A stretch of DNA of 62,547 nt, counting the filler, from Nemertoderma westbladi (lineage: Eukaryota > Animalia > Xenacoelomorpha), in assembly GCA_032718475.1 (NCBI GenBank). It is 3 parts of 3 records of this genome, joined end to end, with 100 filler letters (N's around TTAATTAATTAA, not from the genome) between each part and the next. Parts side by side here need not be neighbours in the genome. Positions count along the whole stretch, not along the records: positions 48,005 to 62,547 come from JAUCBJ010004659.1; 2 more parts are not named here. One strand, written 5' to 3'. Positions 59,213 to 62,547 of the stretch are shown piece after piece (the stretch's first letter is position 1; every line of letters starts with the position of its first letter). The notes beneath the pieces were generated by a model. That model was given only the letters and a program-made list of their open reading frames with translations, searched no databases and was not told the origin of the DNA. A program made the position numbers and the translations under genes.

Positions 59213-62113
59213 ATGTCGCGCCATGCTTCCCCAAGCGGGCGCCGGGCCCATCGTCGCGGCATGTCGCCCCCTAGCGGCGACGATCGGGACTACCCAGACA
59301 GTGGCGGCCCCCGGTCCCCCCCTCGACGTAGGAAGGGCGAAGGCCCTGCCATGGACCTGGCCTCCGAGCTGGCCAAATACGCGCACCATGTGAACGCGTT
59401 GCGCCGAGTACTACAGGAAACCTTCACCCAGTTCCAGGAGATGAATTCCTCCAGGTTCATAGAGGAAGAGGGAATGACGGAGATGCGACTGTTAGAGGAC
59501 GAAGAAGATTTGGTCTCGTCGGTTCTGGACAAACAGCCGGCGTTAGTTGTCCTCGGGCAGACACCCCAAGCCAAAGCCTTCATAGTGAACCAGCTGTTTG
59601 GGGAGGAAGTCATCCCCATACAGGAGTATCTCGAGCACCAGACGACCTGGCGACTCGTGCGTTTCCGCTATGGGAATCGCGCTGTACTCAGCGTTTCCTT
59701 ACCCAACAGTTTCGAGATGGTGAACACGATTATGAGCAACTCCCCCAGGGCCTGGAAGACCATCCCCAAGGACGACCTGGAGCTCAAAGGCGAGGATTGC
59801 ATGGATGCGGCGTTGACCAAGGCCAGTCTCGAGGTGAGTCTGAACCACGCCTTGTTGCGGAACCGATGTCTGGTCGTTATGTCTCCGTGCAACGACGTGC
59901 ATTCCAGCACCGTCGAGGTGTTTAAGCGGTGCATAGAGGACGTGGTTCCGGTGCTAATCTACGGTGTCAGCGAGGAAGAGTTGTCACCTAGAGACCTGTT
60001 AGACCTACAGGAGTTGCGGGCCGCCTCCCCGGACCTGCCTATATTCTTTATTCGGACTCGCAGCGTGGACCTCACGGAGAGCGAGCGTCACCGTAGCAAC
60101 GACGAGCGTCACCGTGGCAACGAGGACCACGAGGCCGCAGGGCACCCCACCGAGCTGTCCTACCAGCTGGTCGACATGGGGTACATCCCCGAGCGCCGCC
60201 TGCACCAGTCGACGACGCACAAGGACGCGGTGAACGAGCACCAACGACGGCTGCGGAGCGGCACAGTGTACGCGGACGTGGGCAGCGAGATACACGAGAG
60301 CTTCTCCGAGATCGGGAAGCTCATGGTGTTCGCGAGACGGGTCCTCTTCTCACATCTGGTGCGTGTGGCCACGGTGCTGAACGAGGCGCACTCGCGCTGT
60401 CTGCGGATGGTTATATTCACCGCGTTCGATATGGCCAGAGATATGATAATCACGCCGCGACGCATCGAGTATGCGAGGGAGAGAGAGGCGGAGTTGTATG
60501 CGAGTCTGAGAGCCATCGCGGATAAGAAGCAGTTGGAGATACGGGAGCTGATACTGGAGACGTTGAGAGACACGGAGAATGAGTTACTCAACGAGGCTGA
60601 GGTTTATGAGTTCCATTCGGTATTCGTAAACAGCAACGGGAAACTCTCATCAATGAGAGAAGCCAAGAAGGCCAGTCTGGAGATACAGGAGTTGGTTCTG
60701 TCTCGGTTGAACAGTCACATTGCGGATCAGTTGATCGGCAGTGTCGAGTACATGAAGGAGTCCTGGGTGGGGACCTTGAGTCGGTGTCTCAGTAGTCTGG
60801 AGCAGGGCGGAGGGGACAGGGTGTCTGGTGTCGACGATAGGATGATGGGGATGTCCCCGACAGTCGCCTTGAAGAAGATCGTGAACGCGGCGTATAGAGT
60901 TGAGGTTACCCCTTACACGTCGAGTTCTTTTATTCGCGTTCTGTTGGAGAAGTTACGCAGCTTGTTTCGGGGGATGCCGGGGCAGACCCCGCCTACTATA
61001 GACCGCGCGTGGAAGCGGAAGATCGCGTTGGACATGGTTCGCGGATTATCCGAGTGCAAACTCGCGCAGAATATATGCGAGCAATTCAAAGTGAAACTGT
61101 GTCAGAGTCACGAGGCCTTCCTCGCGTCGTTACGGCAACTGGAACACAGACATAGGGGCCGGTTGGAGCGGACCGAGGACTCTCGACTCAAAGTCAGGAA
61201 GTACCACGCTCCCCAGATCGCTAAACTCGCCCTGGAGAGCACCGCGCTCAAGGATATGATCCAATACGGTATGCCGCAGCTGGGGCGAGAGATCGGACGC
61301 GGGCAGTACGGGGTCGTGTACGCGTGCGAGGCCTGGGCCGGCTACTCGCCGTGCGCCGTCAAGTCGGTCGTACCCCCGGACGATAAGCATTGGAATGACC
61401 TCGCCCTCGAGTTCCATTACACTAAGAACATCCCGGAGCACCCCAGGATCGCTTGCCTCCGGGGATCCGTTATCGATTTCGGATACGGGAATGGAGGATC
61501 TCCTGCGGTGTTGCTCGTTATGGATCGCATGCAACGCGATCTCTACTCCGCCATCAAGGCCGGCATCACCCTGACTACCCGACTACATGTCGCCTTGGAC
61601 GTTGTCGAAGGAATCCGTTACCTTCACAGCCAAGGTCTCGTCCATCGCGATATCAAACTAAAGAACGTTCTAATGGACAGACAGAATCGGGGGAAGATAA
61701 CCGATCTGGGGTTCTGTAAGCCCGAGGCCATGATGTCTGGCTCCATAGTCGGCACTCCCATTCACATGGCCCCCGAGTTGTTTAGTGGTAACTACGACAA
61801 CTCGGTAGACGTTTACGCCTTCGGTATATTGTTCTGGTATATTTGCGCAGGTCACGTTAAACTCCCCCGAGCGTTCGAGCAGTGCGGAACTAAGGATCAG
61901 TTGTGGAACCACGTTAAGCGCGGAACGCGTCCGGAACGGTTGAGTCAGTTCGACGACGCCATGTGGGACGTTATGGAACGGTGTTGGTGCTCGGATTACG
62001 GACGACGCCCATTGCTAGGCATCGTGCAGAAGGACCTCGAGTCGATGCTGGACTCCTACTCCAGACATTCCGTTCGGAACTCCACCTTCTACGCCCCCAG
62101 TCCCACCAATTAG
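59213..62113 (+). CDS. DSTYK: Dual serine/threonine and tyrosine protein kinase, single coding exon
   Basis: N-terminal PALVVLGQ..KAFIVNQLFG region and AFDMARDMIITPRRIEY; kinase GRGQYGVV, AVKSVVPPDDKHWNDLALE, HRDIKLKN, DLGFCKPEAMMSGSIVGTPIHMAPE. Confidence 0.96.
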   Translation: MSRHASPSGRRAHRRGMSPPSGDDRDYPDSGGPRSPPRRRKGEGPAMDLASELAKYAHHVNALRRVLQETFTQFQEMNSSRFIEEEGMTEMRLLEDEEDLVSSVLDKQPALVVLGQTPQAKAFIVNQLFGEEVIPIQEYLEHQTTWRLVRFRYGNRAVLSVSLPNSFEMVNTIMSNSPRAWKTIPKDDLELKGEDCMDAALTKASLEVSLNHALLRNRCLVVMSPCNDVHSSTVEVFKRCIEDVVPVLIYGVSEEELSPRDLLDLQELRAASPDLPIFFIRTRSVDLTESERHRSNDERHRGNEDHEAAGHPTELSYQLVDMGYIPERRLHQSTTHKDAVNEHQRRLRSGTVYADVGSEIHESFSEIGKLMVFARRVLFSHLVRVATVLNEAHSRCLRMVIFTAFDMARDMIITPRRIEYAREREAELYASLRAIADKKQLEIRELILETLRDTENELLNEAEVYEFHSVFVNSNGKLSSMREAKKASLEIQELVLSRLNSHIADQLIGSVEYMKESWVGTLSRCLSSLEQGGGDRVSGVDDRMMGMSPTVALKKIVNAAYRVEVTPYTSSSFIRVLLEKLRSLFRGMPGQTPPTIDRAWKRKIALDMVRGLSECKLAQNICEQFKVKLCQSHEAFLASLRQLEHRHRGRLERTEDSRLKVRKYHAPQIAKLALESTALKDMIQYGMPQLGREIGRGQYGVVYACEAWAGYSPCAVKSVVPPDDKHWNDLALEFHYTKNIPEHPRIACLRGSVIDFGYGNGGSPAVLLVMDRMQRDLYSAIKAGITLTTRLHVALDVVEGIRYLHSQGLVHRDIKLKNVLMDRQNRGKITDLGFCKPEAMMSGSIVGTPIHMAPELFSGNYDNSVDVYAFGILFWYICAGHVKLPRAFEQCGTKDQLWNHVKRGTRPERLSQFDDAMWDVMERCWCSDYGRRPLLGIVQKDLESMLDSYSRHSVRNSTFYAPSPTN

Positions 62114-62547
62114 TGAGCTCGGTAAATCAACTCCTGATACTTACCCACCGGTGCTGCCAGTACTCCAATAGCGATCCGTATATTACTCGCCGCCGCTTTA
62201 TAAGAAGTAATTATTATATAATAATAATTACGTTGGCACCATCCCGCGTAATGAAAATATGTTATTTTTCCGATTAATACATTTCTAATTAATTTAATCT
62301 AATTTAATCAACTTATTTTAGTGCAAGAATTTTGGCAATAATGCAAGCGTGAGCAGCAGTACATACCTACTATATAATTGCAGTGCTTTCTTTGCTAAGA
62401 AAGATTAATTTGTAATAAATAATTTATTTATATATTTAATTACTTAGTTAAATGGATCTCAATATGAATGGTTTTATTAAGTATAAGAATGAGCACGGGA
62501 TACTCTCTACGATTGCTATATATTATTAATTAATTATTATGCTATGC

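Overview
Eukaryotic, metazoan-type genomic scaffold (AT-rich intergenic DNA, GC-richer coding islands, GT-AG intron) with two 100-bp scaffold gaps (44N-TTAATTAATTAA-44N). It opens with an ~8-kb array of a 48-bp repeat that is perfectly homogeneous for 5.5 kb and then diverges inward. Four conserved genes are recognisable and are almost intron-free: AMP deaminase (one intron), TIMMDC1, TRMU/MnmA and DSTYK. There are also two orphan coding candidates. The rest is mostly mobile and repetitive DNA: a damaged near-full-length LINE, head-to-tail non-autonomous Helitrons, HINE/Helentron-like elements, foldback MITEs, a nested 9-bp-TSD Mutator-like MITE, a GIY-YIG relic and several minisatellites. The most striking observation is a repeat family carried by rolling-circle elements. 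In the Helitrons its units are spaced 146 bp apart and each carries a CTCF-like core (CCGCTAGAGGGCG); related copies also carry the upstream TGCAGT module, suggesting a mobile insulator-like cassette. All calls come from reading the sequence by eye; no searches were run.
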